Virus record (IMG/VR): IMGVR_UViG_3300042514_001858
Span: 1 to 64,000 of that record
Strand: one strand, 5' to 3'
Length of the DNA: 64,000 nucleotides
From: a virus
Below the pieces are notes generated by a model. It was given only the letters and a program-made list of their open reading frames with translations. It had not been told where the DNA came from and searched no databases. Both the position numbers and the translations under genes were made by a program. This document shows, piece after piece, positions 26,624 to 36,394 of this stretch (positions are counted from its first letter, which is position 1; each line of letters starts with the position of its first letter).

Positions 26624-28579
26624 TTACGCGAATGCATATGGAGAACTAGCATAATCACCTCTACTTGTATTCAAAGATACTTGAGAGGATGGTTTGCTTT
26701 TAGAACCACCACCAGAATTGGAAATGATTATTGGACTCGCAGAGCCTCCACTACCATTGGAAAGCACTTTATATGTTTGCATACCAATGTTTCTGATATC
26801 AGTCAGAATAGCAATTTGTTCTCTTCCAATCAATACCAAATCATCTACGTGTTGTTTACGTTTCTCGTCAACAATTTCCACTTTCTTTTTATTGGGATTT
26901 TCCTTCCAACCAGATTTTTCATACTCTTCGACAGAATTCCAACCCATTTTTTTGGCGTTTTCTTCTGCTTCTTTATCACCACCTCCAAATAGCTTGCTGA
27001 AACCCGTAACCGCAACTAAAGCACCTTCTACGATAGATTTTATAGTGCCAAATATGGTATCAACAATACTCATAACTGAACTTGCAATATTTTTAATACT
27101 ATCAATAATACTAGTCATGAAATCACTACCTAAAAATTCTTTTACCTTTTTCCAAATATCAGAGAACCATTCAACTATTTTTTGTCCAGTATCAACTTTT
27201 CCCAATGATCCCATGTTTGGTTCCGATTCCGATGAATCATCTATGATTCCAAACCATTCCAGAGGTTTTCTCAAAAAAGAAGGCAATTTTTTCAATTTAT
27301 TCTTAACCCATTCTTTAATGCTACTAAGCCAAGAAGTTTTTGGTTTTTTTTCCGATGATCCCATGCTTGGTTCCGATTCCGATGAGTCGTCTAAAATTCC
27401 AAACCATTGTAGAGGTGTTTTCAAAAAAGCAGGTAATTTTTTCAATTTATTCTTAACCCATTCTTTAATGCTACCGAACCAAGAAGTGCTTGGTTTCAAA
27501 TCTTTTTTCTCTTCTTTATCACCGAAGAAGCCCATCAGAGTTTCAATACCCATAATGATCGGTCCCATACCTCCAAATGATAGTATACCTAGTCCAAATT
27601 GTTTTAGACCTTCCATGATGTTACCACCTTTGAAAGCATCGTAAGCCATGCCCCAACGCTTAAAACCACCAATTACTGGCAACCACAAAGCATTGTCCCA
27701 AATCCAATTTCCGATTGTTTTACCAATCTCTCCCAAAATATCCATTTCACTCTTACCTTTATTTGCAGGGTCACTCATCTTAGAATCCATCCAAACGTTT
27801 AATATATCCAACCCCAAAGACAAAGTAAACCCGACTCCAGGTGCTACTAAATCGATCAATCCAACTAATCCGCTTAAAACATCAATAACACCTCTGACGT
27901 TTTGACCTTTATTAAAGCGTGATATGGCAAACCCTATGGAAATGAAAGTGCCTATGAATGGGATTCTTTTAAATATTTTACCCAATGGTTTCAGAGCATT
28001 AAAGATTTTACCCATGAATCCTTTACCCAACAATTTACCAGCAAATTTAAAAGGTGCTGTCACGAATTTAGAGAATGTTCCCAACAATCCTTTAGCTGCT
28101 GACATAAGCATCTTGATACCACCTGATATACCAATTTTGGACAGTATTTTCAAAGCACCTTTAAACGGACCGTCAGTTAGAAGACCCATTATCAAAGCAC
28201 CGACACCACCTAATAACATCAAAAGACCTCCGAGCATCGATCCTTTTTTGGGTGTTTCCAAATCGCTTTTACGACCACCAGTTTCTATTTTCTTGGCATT
28301 TGGTGTGATTTTTTGAACAGATGTTTTAAGTGCTTTGTCACCCTGAAATTTTCGCTGCATTTCAAAAAATGTCTTTGCGAAAATAGATGCAACTTCCTTT
28401 GTCTTTTTCTGTTCTTCATTAGAAAGAGAGCTTTTGACTTTTTTGTTTGGATTGGAATTTCCTGTCTGAAGAATATTCTTATCAGATATATTCTCTCCTT
28501 CAGGTACACCCTTCGTCTCATTGATCGTTTGTAACAGACCAAGAACTTCTTCTAATAAGGGAACGATATTAACACTCAC
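26624..28579 (-). CDS. putative tape-measure / gp29-like protein
   Basis: Gly-rich amphipathic helices, KRIPFIG motif, internal 50-aa duplication; GTG start 5 nt after TAAATA. Confidence 0.6.
   Translation of the reverse strand: MSVNIVPLLEEVLGLLQTINETKGVPEGENISDKNILQTGNSNPNKKVKSSLSNEEQKKTKEVASIFAKTFFEMQRKFQGDKALKTSVQKITPNAKKIETGGRKSDLETPKKGSMLGGLLMLLGGVGALIMGLLTDGPFKGALKILSKIGISGGIKMLMSAAKGLLGTFSKFVTAPFKFAGKLLGKGFMGKIFNALKPLGKIFKRIPFIGTFISIGFAISRFNKGQNVRGVIDVLSGLVGLIDLVAPGVGFTLSLGLDILNVWMDSKMSDPANKGKSEMDILGEIGKTIGNWIWDNALWLPVIGGFKRWGMAYDAFKGGNIMEGLKQFGLGILSFGGMGPIIMGIETLMGFFGDKEEKKDLKPSTSWFGSIKEWVKNKLKKLPAFLKTPLQWFGILDDSSESEPSMGSSEKKPKTSWLSSIKEWVKNKLKKLPSFLRKPLEWFGIIDDSSESEPNMGSLGKVDTGQKIVEWFSDIWKKVKEFLGSDFMTSIIDSIKNIASSVMSIVDTIFGTIKSIVEGALVAVTGFSKLFGGGDKEAEENAKKMGWNSVEEYEKSGWKENPNKKKVEIVDEKRKQHVDDLVLIGREQIAILTDIRNIGMQTYKVLSNGSGGSASPIIISNSGGGSKSKPSSQVSLNTSRGDYASSPYAFA
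27207..27496 (-). repeat. 150-bp tandem duplication inside tape-measure-like gene
   Basis: gatcccatg(t/c)ttggttccgattccgatga at 27207 and 27357; SW..SIKEWVKNKLKKLP..L..PL.WFGI.DDSSESEP.MGS twice. Confidence 0.9.
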
Positions 28580-28599
28580 CTAATTATTTAACTATATGA

Positions 28600-30420
28600 T
28601 TACCAATCGCCGCAAGCCGCTGCTTTGGGGGAACCTGATTTTGCTGAAGAGCATTTGTGCCTTGCACGGAAAGACTTCCTGCGTTTTGGGTTGTCTTTAC
28701 CAACTCTTACACCAGCTTGCCCCCAATGAATTCTTTTATATGAACCATCTGGTTGTCTAGCACATTTAGTCCATTTTTTACCTTTTCTATCACTAGATGC
28801 TTTTTTTGTCGAACCAGTGCATTTACTTTCGAGTAATGAATGGACTTCTTGAAGATCGATCATGAAATCGTTCATATCCAAATTAAACGAAGATGCATAT
28901 CTCGATGCCAATTCATCAAAAGATTCACTTATTACTTCTTTTTTCATACTTTGAACAGTGGACAACAATTGTTTTGCGACACTAAATCCTTGGCTATTTC
29001 TAAACCAGAATGATTTTAATCTATTATTTATGATTTTTTTATCTAAAGTAGTGAATGGTAATTTTGCGATCAATGGTTTCAAAACAGTTTTAGCATTCTC
29101 CCAGTCTTCTTTATTCCCAATACTTTCCAATTTACTAATAAAAGTTTTCAAAACTACAAAAGCAGGATTACTATCCAGATTTTCCAAAGGTATTGTTTTT
29201 CTATCTAAAGAGTTTGACGCGATACTTGTGAAGTATTTTCCCAACTCTTTAGCTGGTAACTTATCAAACATTCTCATAGCTCCTACGTTTATATTAGAAT
29301 TCATCAGTCTGGAATCAAACTCTTTCATTCTATCATCAAATTGTTTTTCATGTTCATCGATAAATGAAAAAATTGGATTATCGTCGGTTGTTAATGTTTG
29401 TAGCAATTTTAATTTTGATACAATATCTTTTGGAACTTTTACAAAATCAACATTTTTAGAATCTATCTCATCATCAGAAACTTTATTAGCTATTTTAGTT
29501 TCGAGGTAAAGTTTTTCAGCAGTGCGCTTGATCAAATTTTTCACCAATAAAATAACATTATCATTATTTTTGATATTTTCTTCAGTTACAGTGCTTATTT
29601 TGTCCTGCAATTCTTCTAATTTTTGTCTAGCTTCTAAAAATTGTTTTTCATCTGATACAAGTTTTTTACCTAAAGTATCTATTTCTTTTTGATATGTTGT
29701 AAGACTACTTTGTTTAGCTGAACTTTGTCTAAGACTGATATCAAACTGTGCCTGTTTTATTTGTTCATCGATACTATCTCTCTTATCAATATCTTTGGTT
29801 TTAGATTTTTTATTTTTTAATTTTTTTATGTAATCATTGATTTCGGAAATTTTATTTACGGCATTTTCAGCTTCCGCTTTCAATTTCATCAAATCATCTA
29901 TATCATTTCTGATTGCAGTATTATTCGATGCTCTGCGATCAACCTCAACCACAAGTCGGTTAAATTCTTTCTCCTCTTCAAGTGAAATAGAATTTCTAAG
30001 ATTGTTGGTTTCTCCATCAGCTTTTTCTTTTCGACCCATGTAGTCGCTATATATTTTTTTAAATTCAGAATAAAAACTTTTAAGATTGAAAAGTAATGCA
30101 AAAGAATTTCGCATTCTCATATTATTTTCAGCTTCCATCTGATATACATCTTTTTGACTAGCCATTTTTTTGGTATCTAGTCCATACTTTCTCATTTGAT
30201 CGATTTTTTGTCTCTTTTCAAAATTATCAACCACGCCAACTGGACCTGATGCATACCCTCTGGACGTTTCAGGTGAAAACGCTTGACCATCATCAGAAAT
30301 ACCAGCTTCAGTGCCAGTCACTCCTCTAGGACCGATTTGTCTTTGAGTATTGAAATATCTTTCTCCTGGCTTAGTTCCCTTTGCTTCCAATGCCAATGTA
30401 TATAAATCGTCGAAATTCAT
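28600..30420 (-). CDS. large coiled-coil late protein with basic Cys-containing C-terminal domain (putative internal head protein)
   Basis: C-terminal KRIHWGQAG...NPKRRKSFRARHKC; ATG 30420 is 5 nt after TAAATA. Confidence 0.65.
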   Translation of the reverse strand: MNFDDLYTLALEAKGTKPGERYFNTQRQIGPRGVTGTEAGISDDGQAFSPETSRGYASGPVGVVDNFEKRQKIDQMRKYGLDTKKMASQKDVYQMEAENNMRMRNSFALLFNLKSFYSEFKKIYSDYMGRKEKADGETNNLRNSISLEEEKEFNRLVVEVDRRASNNTAIRNDIDDLMKLKAEAENAVNKISEINDYIKKLKNKKSKTKDIDKRDSIDEQIKQAQFDISLRQSSAKQSSLTTYQKEIDTLGKKLVSDEKQFLEARQKLEELQDKISTVTEENIKNNDNVILLVKNLIKRTAEKLYLETKIANKVSDDEIDSKNVDFVKVPKDIVSKLKLLQTLTTDDNPIFSFIDEHEKQFDDRMKEFDSRLMNSNINVGAMRMFDKLPAKELGKYFTSIASNSLDRKTIPLENLDSNPAFVVLKTFISKLESIGNKEDWENAKTVLKPLIAKLPFTTLDKKIINNRLKSFWFRNSQGFSVAKQLLSTVQSMKKEVISESFDELASRYASSFNLDMNDFMIDLQEVHSLLESKCTGSTKKASSDRKGKKWTKCARQPDGSYKRIHWGQAGVRVGKDNPKRRKSFRARHKCSSAKSGSPKAAACGDW

Positions 30421-30459
30421 ATTATTATTTATCAAATTGTGTTAAATAATGTAAGAGTT

Positions 30460-31452
30460 ATGATGGACAAAGAAAATATAGGGGCAATTTTACAAGAAAT
30501 GTCCGACGAAAGAAAGATCCCAACCGATTCGCAAAAAAAAGTTGCAGACTTTTTTGTCAATCTTGTCATGAAATTAGAAAAAGGAGATAAAGAAGCTGTT
30601 AAAATGCTGAATATGACTCCTCAAGAATTACAACAATTAGCATCTCAAAATACACTACAAACAGAGGCTTTTGAAAATTTAAGAAGTAAAGCATCGGGAT
30701 TATTCGGTGGAGATCCAGTAAAGAAAAGATACGATCTTTTAATACAATCCTTGAATAAGCACATCTGGGAGTTTATACAAGATGTGAAAAATACGAAAAC
30801 CGAAGATGCTACAGAATATAATAAGATGGTCAATGAACTTTTAAAAATTGAACCTGCTCTTCAATCTAAAGGTGGTTTTTTCCAAAAGATTGGATATGGT
30901 GTTGGGAGGGGAGTAGGAACAGTAGCTAAAATAGGTTCTGTTGGCGTTCTCGGCGCAGCATTAGGTAGTTTCGGATTACCAGCTTATGCAGTTGGTGGTA
31001 TTTTAGGTGGTGGTTTAAGTGTTTTGAAGAATTCGCAAAACACCAAGATGGACACCAAAACAAAATTAAAAAAAGCACTTATTGGTGCTGGATTAGGTGC
31101 TATGGTTGGTTACGCTTTTTCTAAATTACAAAGCGTGACGGGTGACGCTGGTACAGAATCATCAGTAGATACCAATACTGGAGACACAATCGGTGTCGAT
31201 GGGAATGGTTCTAATATAAGTGTATCATCATTCGATGGTAACGAAGCGATTATAAAAGTTGAAACAGATATCAATAATTCTCTTGGTGCGGCAAAAGGAC
31301 AACTTCAAGCTGATCGAGTAAGTGCGATAAGAGCTAAAGAGGAATTTTTAAAATTATTGGGAACTAACCAAGGTAACATGGGAACAGAAGTTATAGATGG
31401 TGTCACTCAAGGCGGTAAAAGAATTATAACATATAAAATAACAAGACGATGA
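30460..31452 (+). CDS. late protein with glycine-zipper/TM segments (putative internal/ejection protein)
   Basis: GxxxG-rich hydrophobic segments; TAAATA at 30443. Confidence 0.6.
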   Translation: MMDKENIGAILQEMSDERKIPTDSQKKVADFFVNLVMKLEKGDKEAVKMLNMTPQELQQLASQNTLQTEAFENLRSKASGLFGGDPVKKRYDLLIQSLNKHIWEFIQDVKNTKTEDATEYNKMVNELLKIEPALQSKGGFFQKIGYGVGRGVGTVAKIGSVGVLGAALGSFGLPAYAVGGILGGGLSVLKNSQNTKMDTKTKLKKALIGAGLGAMVGYAFSKLQSVTGDAGTESSVDTNTGDTIGVDGNGSNISVSSFDGNEAIIKVETDINNSLGAAKGQLQADRVSAIRAKEEFLKLLGTNQGNMGTEVIDGVTQGGKRIITYKITRR

Positions 31453-31757
31453 ATAATAAAGATATACATAATATAGGAAATTTATACGAAGAAGGATTAT
31501 GGGATCGTATGAAAGCAGGGGCATCATCTATTAAAGGTGGACTTACAAACATGAAAATGTTGGGAAGTTCGGGATATGCAAAGGGAGCGCAAGAAGCGAA
31601 AACTAAAAGCTTAATGAATTCGTTTATATCAAAAGTGATTAAAGATATAGAAAAATTCGATTCCGATGTGCTGAATTATAAGCAGTCTCGAAATTACGAT
31701 ACAATTTTGAAAAAGGCGAATGATATGAGAGATATAATTTATAAATACCAGAAATAA
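31449..31757 (+). CDS. putative internal head protein
   Basis: LYEEGLWDRMKA motif shared with 32864 protein. Confidence 0.6.
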   Translation: MNNKDIHNIGNLYEEGLWDRMKAGASSIKGGLTNMKMLGSSGYAKGAQEAKTKSLMNSFISKVIKDIEKFDSDVLNYKQSRNYDTILKKANDMRDIIYKYQK

Positions 31758-31771
31758 TACTAAATACTATT

Positions 31772-32590
31772 ATGGGAAAAAAATTTGACGCAATTTATGA
31801 AACTGTTATTTCCAGAAGTGAAATTGGAGGTTATCTTCCAGGCGACTGTGTGAAATTTCGCACTGGTTACAAGAACACGGAAACCTACAAGCATATGCCA
31901 TCTACTCTTCAGAGAGAAGTTGATGAATTGGATAAATGTGGATTGAATATTAAAGTTGTTCAAGTAGGGGATAAACAATCGGGATTTTCTGCTGGTAATC
32001 AATTCAAACCAGCAGGTTGTGTTGTGTTGACTATCGCTGCTGATCACGGTGGGGGAAGAACTTATGGTAGAGTTACTGTAACTACTGATATGGTTGATAT
32101 TAGCGATGGTGTTCTAGTTCCTGATAAATTCAAGAAAAAAGATGTAGTCATTATCAAACCCAAGAAATTGGAAGTTGATCCAAATCTTATTACCAATGTA
32201 ACTGATAAAGGTAATGGTAAGAATACCCCAACCGATTTGAAATTGGCGGGAGAATCCAAGTCTTGGGATTTCACCAAAGAATTGGGTAATATTTATGATG
32301 AAATATTACAAGAAAAATTCGATTTCAAAAAAGCCGATAGAAATAAAAATGGGAAATTAGAGGATTGGGAAGAAAATATAGGTAAAAAAGTCTTTGGCGA
32401 TGACGAAGATGAAGATGATAGCGAAGACAATGACGAAGATAATGAGGATTGCGGGGAACAAGATGAACAGGATGCTTGCTATAAAAAAGTAAAATCCCGA
32501 TATGATGTATTTCCTAGTGCATATGCTTCTGGAGCATTAGTTAAATGTAGGAAAGTAGGAGCAAAAAATTGGGGGAATAGTAAAAAGTAA
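31772..32590 (+). CDS. late protein with EF-hand-like loop, acidic tract and C-terminal PSAYASG domain
   Basis: DRNKNGKLEDWE; DACYKKVKSRYDVFPSAYASGALVKCRK; TAAATA-N5-ATG. Confidence 0.7.
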   Translation: MGKKFDAIYETVISRSEIGGYLPGDCVKFRTGYKNTETYKHMPSTLQREVDELDKCGLNIKVVQVGDKQSGFSAGNQFKPAGCVVLTIAADHGGGRTYGRVTVTTDMVDISDGVLVPDKFKKKDVVIIKPKKLEVDPNLITNVTDKGNGKNTPTDLKLAGESKSWDFTKELGNIYDEILQEKFDFKKADRNKNGKLEDWEENIGKKVFGDDEDEDDSEDNDEDNEDCGEQDEQDACYKKVKSRYDVFPSAYASGALVKCRKVGAKNWGNSKK

Positions 32591-32841
32591 TGGAACAAAT
32601 GTCCCAAAGACAATTACTAGAAAATTTACGTGATTGGTTTGCTCCTCATGTGGATAAGGAAGGTAAGAAATTTAAAGGATGGATTAACTGTAAAACAGGT
32701 GGACCCTGTGGTAGAAAAGATACATCAAAAGGTTCTTATCCTGCATGTAGAGCTACAAAGGCAGACTGTAAAAAAATAAAAGGTAAGATGTATAAAAAGA
32801 AAAGCTCTGAAAGAGTTAGCTGGAAAAATAATAAGAAATAA
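32590..32841 (+). CDS. small basic Cys-rich conserved phage protein
   Basis: LRDWF...CKTGGPCGRK...YPACR; TAATG coupling to upstream gene. Confidence 0.7.
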   Translation: MEQMSQRQLLENLRDWFAPHVDKEGKKFKGWINCKTGGPCGRKDTSKGSYPACRATKADCKKIKGKMYKKKSSERVSWKNNKK

Positions 32842-32863
32842 TTTAAATAAGATAAATAATAAT

Positions 32864-33625
32864 ATGGCTAGATATAATAATGAAGATCAACTTAATTTGG
32901 AAGAACTCTTAGAAGAAGGGTTCTTGGATCGCTTCAAAGCTCGTGGTGCGCAAGCACTTGGAGCAGTTAAAGGTGCGGGACAGCAATTAAAAGGTGGCGC
33001 ACAACAAATGGCTGGTAATGTTGTTCAAAAAGCTGGTAATTTAGCAGCTAAAGGAGTTCAAGCAATGGGTGGTCAAATCGATCCATCTCAAAACAAATTG
33101 ACTCAGGCTGGACAAGGAATGCAACAAGCAGGACAACAAAATGTTCAAGTAGGTGGAAACATGGGTAATAATGCCAAAATTGATTATTTGAAAAAAAATA
33201 TCACAAAAAGAATTGATAATTTTGTAGCTAATCTAAATAACGATGTCCAGAAATTAGGATTGAATATTGGAGAAATCAAATTTGCTTCGGAAATTCAAGA
33301 TGCTTTGGAAGGATTGAAACAAAACATTCAAACAACACAAGCTACCCCACCACCTTTACCACAACAATCTCAAGCAACACCACCTCCACTTCCTCAAGAT
33401 AATACAGTTGACGATCAAGTAGAACCAGAAGATGATGGTGTTAGTAGCTACGCAGCACAAAGACAACAACGTTCAGATAGATCGAAACAAGCTGCCGCTA
33501 ACAGAAAGCAACAACAATCTAAATTAGCTTCAAATCCGAAAAAAAGTAAATCTCGCAATATTCAAAAAACCTACGATAAGAATTTCGTAAGAGAGAATTA
33601 CGACAAGTTATTTTGGGGGGAATAA
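32864..33625 (+). CDS. putative internal head protein, Gln/Gly-rich
   Basis: LLEEGFLDRFKA motif, duplicated QATPPPLPQ; TAAATA-N5-ATG. Confidence 0.65.
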   Translation: MARYNNEDQLNLEELLEEGFLDRFKARGAQALGAVKGAGQQLKGGAQQMAGNVVQKAGNLAAKGVQAMGGQIDPSQNKLTQAGQGMQQAGQQNVQVGGNMGNNAKIDYLKKNITKRIDNFVANLNNDVQKLGLNIGEIKFASEIQDALEGLKQNIQTTQATPPPLPQQSQATPPPLPQDNTVDDQVEPEDDGVSSYAAQRQQRSDRSKQAAANRKQQQSKLASNPKKSKSRNIQKTYDKNFVRENYDKLFWGE

Positions 33626-34534
33626 TTCTTCCAACTGTAATAGACAAGCGATACAACATATCTCCCTGTCAGTAACAGACATCATTTTAAACAAGCTATC
33701 CGCAATTATTAGGATAGCTTGTTTTTTTATTGTGTCATCAATTTGTAGATCATAAAAATAATTTAACAAATCTTTCAAAAGAGCTTCATGATCAGAGTCG
33801 AATAATTCCTCGTTCTCAATAAGAAACTTTCTTGTATCCAGTGTCTTACCCGACTTGAGATTATTATAAATTAATTCTAATGTCTCGTTAGTATCCTTCT
33901 TTGATTCAATAGTGAGGATACCAGACTTAGAGAACTTCTCCAACTCATTGATGCATTTCCTGATATCGGGAAAATGACTTCTGATCAGATTTACCAGATT
34001 CTTCTTCTGATCGTCAGGGATCTCGATGTTTTCTCTTTTGAGAATTTCCACACATCGACGAATGACATCTTTTAAGGATGTGTGGAGAGTGAGATTTTGG
34101 CAACGAGACTGTAGAGCAGGGATAATACGGTGTTTGTAATTACCTGTGAGGATGAATCGTGTAGTGGATGAATAAGACTCCATTACGTTACGTAGAATCC
34201 CCTGTGCCTGTTTGGAGATACCATCTGCTTCATCCAGAATTACAATTTTCAATCCACCATCGAAACTCATTGTTTGGGCAAACCCAATAACTTTCTCTCG
34301 AATCGTGTCCACGCCGTTTTCATCAGAGGCATTAATATAAAGATAATCACAATTCAAAATATCTTTAGCGATGATTTTGGCAAGACTGGTCTTACCGCTT
34401 CCAGCAACACCAGTCAATAACAAATTCGGGATATCTCTACCAAAGTTTTGGATGATTGCTCTTGTCTTTTCGTCCACCATCAGATCATCTAGAGTCTGTG
34501 GTCTGAAGCGTTCCATCCATAAATCATTATTCAT
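33608..34534 (-). CDS. gp44: sliding-clamp loader AAA+ subunit (T4 gp44/RFC-small-like)
   Basis: LWMERFRPQTL, GVAGSGKT, NASDENG, LDEAD, ALQSRC, PDIRKCIN. Confidence 0.92.
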   Translation of the reverse strand: MNNDLWMERFRPQTLDDLMVDEKTRAIIQNFGRDIPNLLLTGVAGSGKTSLAKIIAKDILNCDYLYINASDENGVDTIREKVIGFAQTMSFDGGLKIVILDEADGISKQAQGILRNVMESYSSTTRFILTGNYKHRIIPALQSRCQNLTLHTSLKDVIRRCVEILKRENIEIPDDQKKNLVNLIRSHFPDIRKCINELEKFSKSGILTIESKKDTNETLELIYNNLKSGKTLDTRKFLIENEELFDSDHEALLKDLLNYFYDLQIDDTIKKQAILIIADSLFKMMSVTDREICCIACLLQLEELFPPK

Positions 34535-35271
34535 ATATCAATACCAATAGCATGGTTTGATCGTTTGTCAATGGTTCGGACAAGATTTGCACAGTCTAAT
34601 AGACTATCATGATCACCAATGTCGAACCAAAAACCATCAAGTTTCTCAACATTGACACCTTCTTTCTCATTCATCAAGCGAATGAGATCAACGATTTCCA
34701 GTTCTCCTCTTGCTGATGGTGTGACCTTTTTAGCCATTTCAACCACTTCATTGGAAAATACATAAAGACCAATCACAGCATCTTCTGAAATAAATTCTTT
34801 AGGTTTCTCCACAATTCGTTTGATCCAACCATTTTCATCAGTTTCCACCACACCATATGCTGATGGGTCTTTTACTTTGTAAGTGTAGATTGTATTTGAT
34901 TGGGGATGAATCGGTGAGTTGCCAATGATAATATTATCCCCAAGAATCAAACAGATTTCATCTGCATCTTTAATAAATTCTTCCCCAACAATAAAAGCAT
35001 CGACAAGACCACGAGGTTTATCCTGAATTGTATAGGATAGATTCAGACCGAATTTACTACCATCTCCCAACAAAATCTTAAATTGTTTTTGTTGTTCCTC
35101 ATCAGCATTGATAATAAGGATATCTTGATAACCCATCTCCTTCAGTGTTTGAAGGGGATAGGCGATCACTGGTTTTTTATAGATACCCAATAATTGTTTG
35201 GATGTCGTTTTTGTAATGGGGTATAAGCGAGTGGCTTTTCCTCCAGCTAAAATTAAAGCACGTTTATTCAT
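34531..35271 (-). CDS. rmlA: glucose-1-phosphate thymidylyltransferase
   Basis: LAGGKATRLYPIT...SKQLL, QDKPRGL, LGDNI, EKP, PSARGELEI, WFDIG. Confidence 0.92.
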   Translation of the reverse strand: MNKRALILAGGKATRLYPITKTTSKQLLGIYKKPVIAYPLQTLKEMGYQDILIINADEEQQKQFKILLGDGSKFGLNLSYTIQDKPRGLVDAFIVGEEFIKDADEICLILGDNIIIGNSPIHPQSNTIYTYKVKDPSAYGVVETDENGWIKRIVEKPKEFISEDAVIGLYVFSNEVVEMAKKVTPSARGELEIVDLIRLMNEKEGVNVEKLDGFWFDIGDHDSLLDCANLVRTIDKRSNHAIGIDI

Positions 35272-36184
35272 AATCTTCTCCATCATTTGCGATAGCAGTT
35301 ATTCTTGCTTTCTGGTTAGCTACGATTTGTTCACAACATTCAATGATTGCTTGCTTCTCAGTTCTGATTGGAAATATTTCTTGCAATTTACTGGTATCTA
35401 ATACACAATTGGAACGATTTGCATGTGCTTTCAATTGTGATCTATCTCCCAATTTCCAATTGGAATTGTGCATACCATATGATTTCAGAATCTCACAAAT
35501 CTCCTCAGTTTTCAATGGTTCAGGATTGGTGATATTGTAAATCTCTCTACGAACCCAATAAGTATCATTATCTAAGGTGCTAACAAGGCATTGCACAAAA
35601 TCACAAAGATCGGGAATGTATGTCTTAGAATTTACAAGATTTAATAAATCATTATAATTTTTAATTTTAGTGAGATAATTTCTATATGAATTATCTTGAC
35701 CAAATGGCATTCTAATTCTCAAAACAATACCTTTCAAATCTTTTGCGAGATTTTCGTAAGCATGTTTGGATTTGGAATAAAATGAGCTATAATTCTGAAA
35801 CAATCCAAAATTGGGAGTATCTTTTTCTGACCACTCTTTGTCGTATCCATCATAAAGACAACCAGTAGAAACGTGGATATAATAGATTCCCAATGAATCA
35901 CAGGCTCTATTAATTTCCAAAGGAACAGTGGTGTTTAATTTCCAACATTCTTCCTTTTCCAATTCTGCTTGATCCACATTAGGTTTACCAGTAAATCCTG
36001 AACAATTTATTACCGTTTTAATATCATTATTGAGAATGAATTTCTTCAATACTGACATGTCATGGTAATCTAGATCGTTTCTTGATTTAATTTGGATGTC
36101 AAATGATTTAGATTGTAAATGGTTAAAAAGGTAATTACCTATGTAACCTTTTCCTAAAATTAAAATATTATTGTTCTGGATCAT
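35264..36184 (-). CDS. NDP-4-keto-6-deoxyglucose 3,5-epimerase/4-reductase (RmlD-fold, NRS/ER-like)
   Basis: GKGYIG, GFTGKPNVD, STGCLY, SFYSKSK, LRIRMP, RSNCVLDTSKL; start trimmed to MIQNNN. Confidence 0.8.
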   Translation of the reverse strand: MIQNNNILILGKGYIGNYLFNHLQSKSFDIQIKSRNDLDYHDMSVLKKFILNNDIKTVINCSGFTGKPNVDQAELEKEECWKLNTTVPLEINRACDSLGIYYIHVSTGCLYDGYDKEWSEKDTPNFGLFQNYSSFYSKSKHAYENLAKDLKGIVLRIRMPFGQDNSYRNYLTKIKNYNDLLNLVNSKTYIPDLCDFVQCLVSTLDNDTYWVRREIYNITNPEPLKTEEICEILKSYGMHNSNWKLGDRSQLKAHANRSNCVLDTSKLQEIFPIRTEKQAIIECCEQIVANQKARITAIANDGEDYE

Positions 36185-36392
36185 ATTCGTTCTCGATAAA
36201 TTCTCTAATGTTGACCAGACTACAAGTATCATTCTCTTGGATGAAGTCAAGCGCACCTGCACAGAAATCTTCAGCCATTACTGAAATTTCCACATCTTCA
36301 ATCGAATCAAGAAAATCTTGAAAATCGTTAATCGATTTGATAATTTTCTCCTCGTGAGTTTCCAATTTTTTAAGTATTGTGTTTTTCTTCAT
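36168..36392 (-). CDS. hypothetical acidic protein
   Basis: 74-aa ORF. Confidence 0.6.
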   Translation of the reverse strand: MKKNTILKKLETHEEKIIKSINDFQDFLDSIEDVEISVMAEDFCAGALDFIQENDTCSLVNIREFIENEYDPEQ

Positions 36393-36394
36393 AA

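Noticed and set aside
26681-28534. Long plus-strand ORFs (e.g. 26694..27644) opposite the tape-measure-like gene
   Set aside because: Antisense shadows of a biased-codon gene; no motifs or promoter
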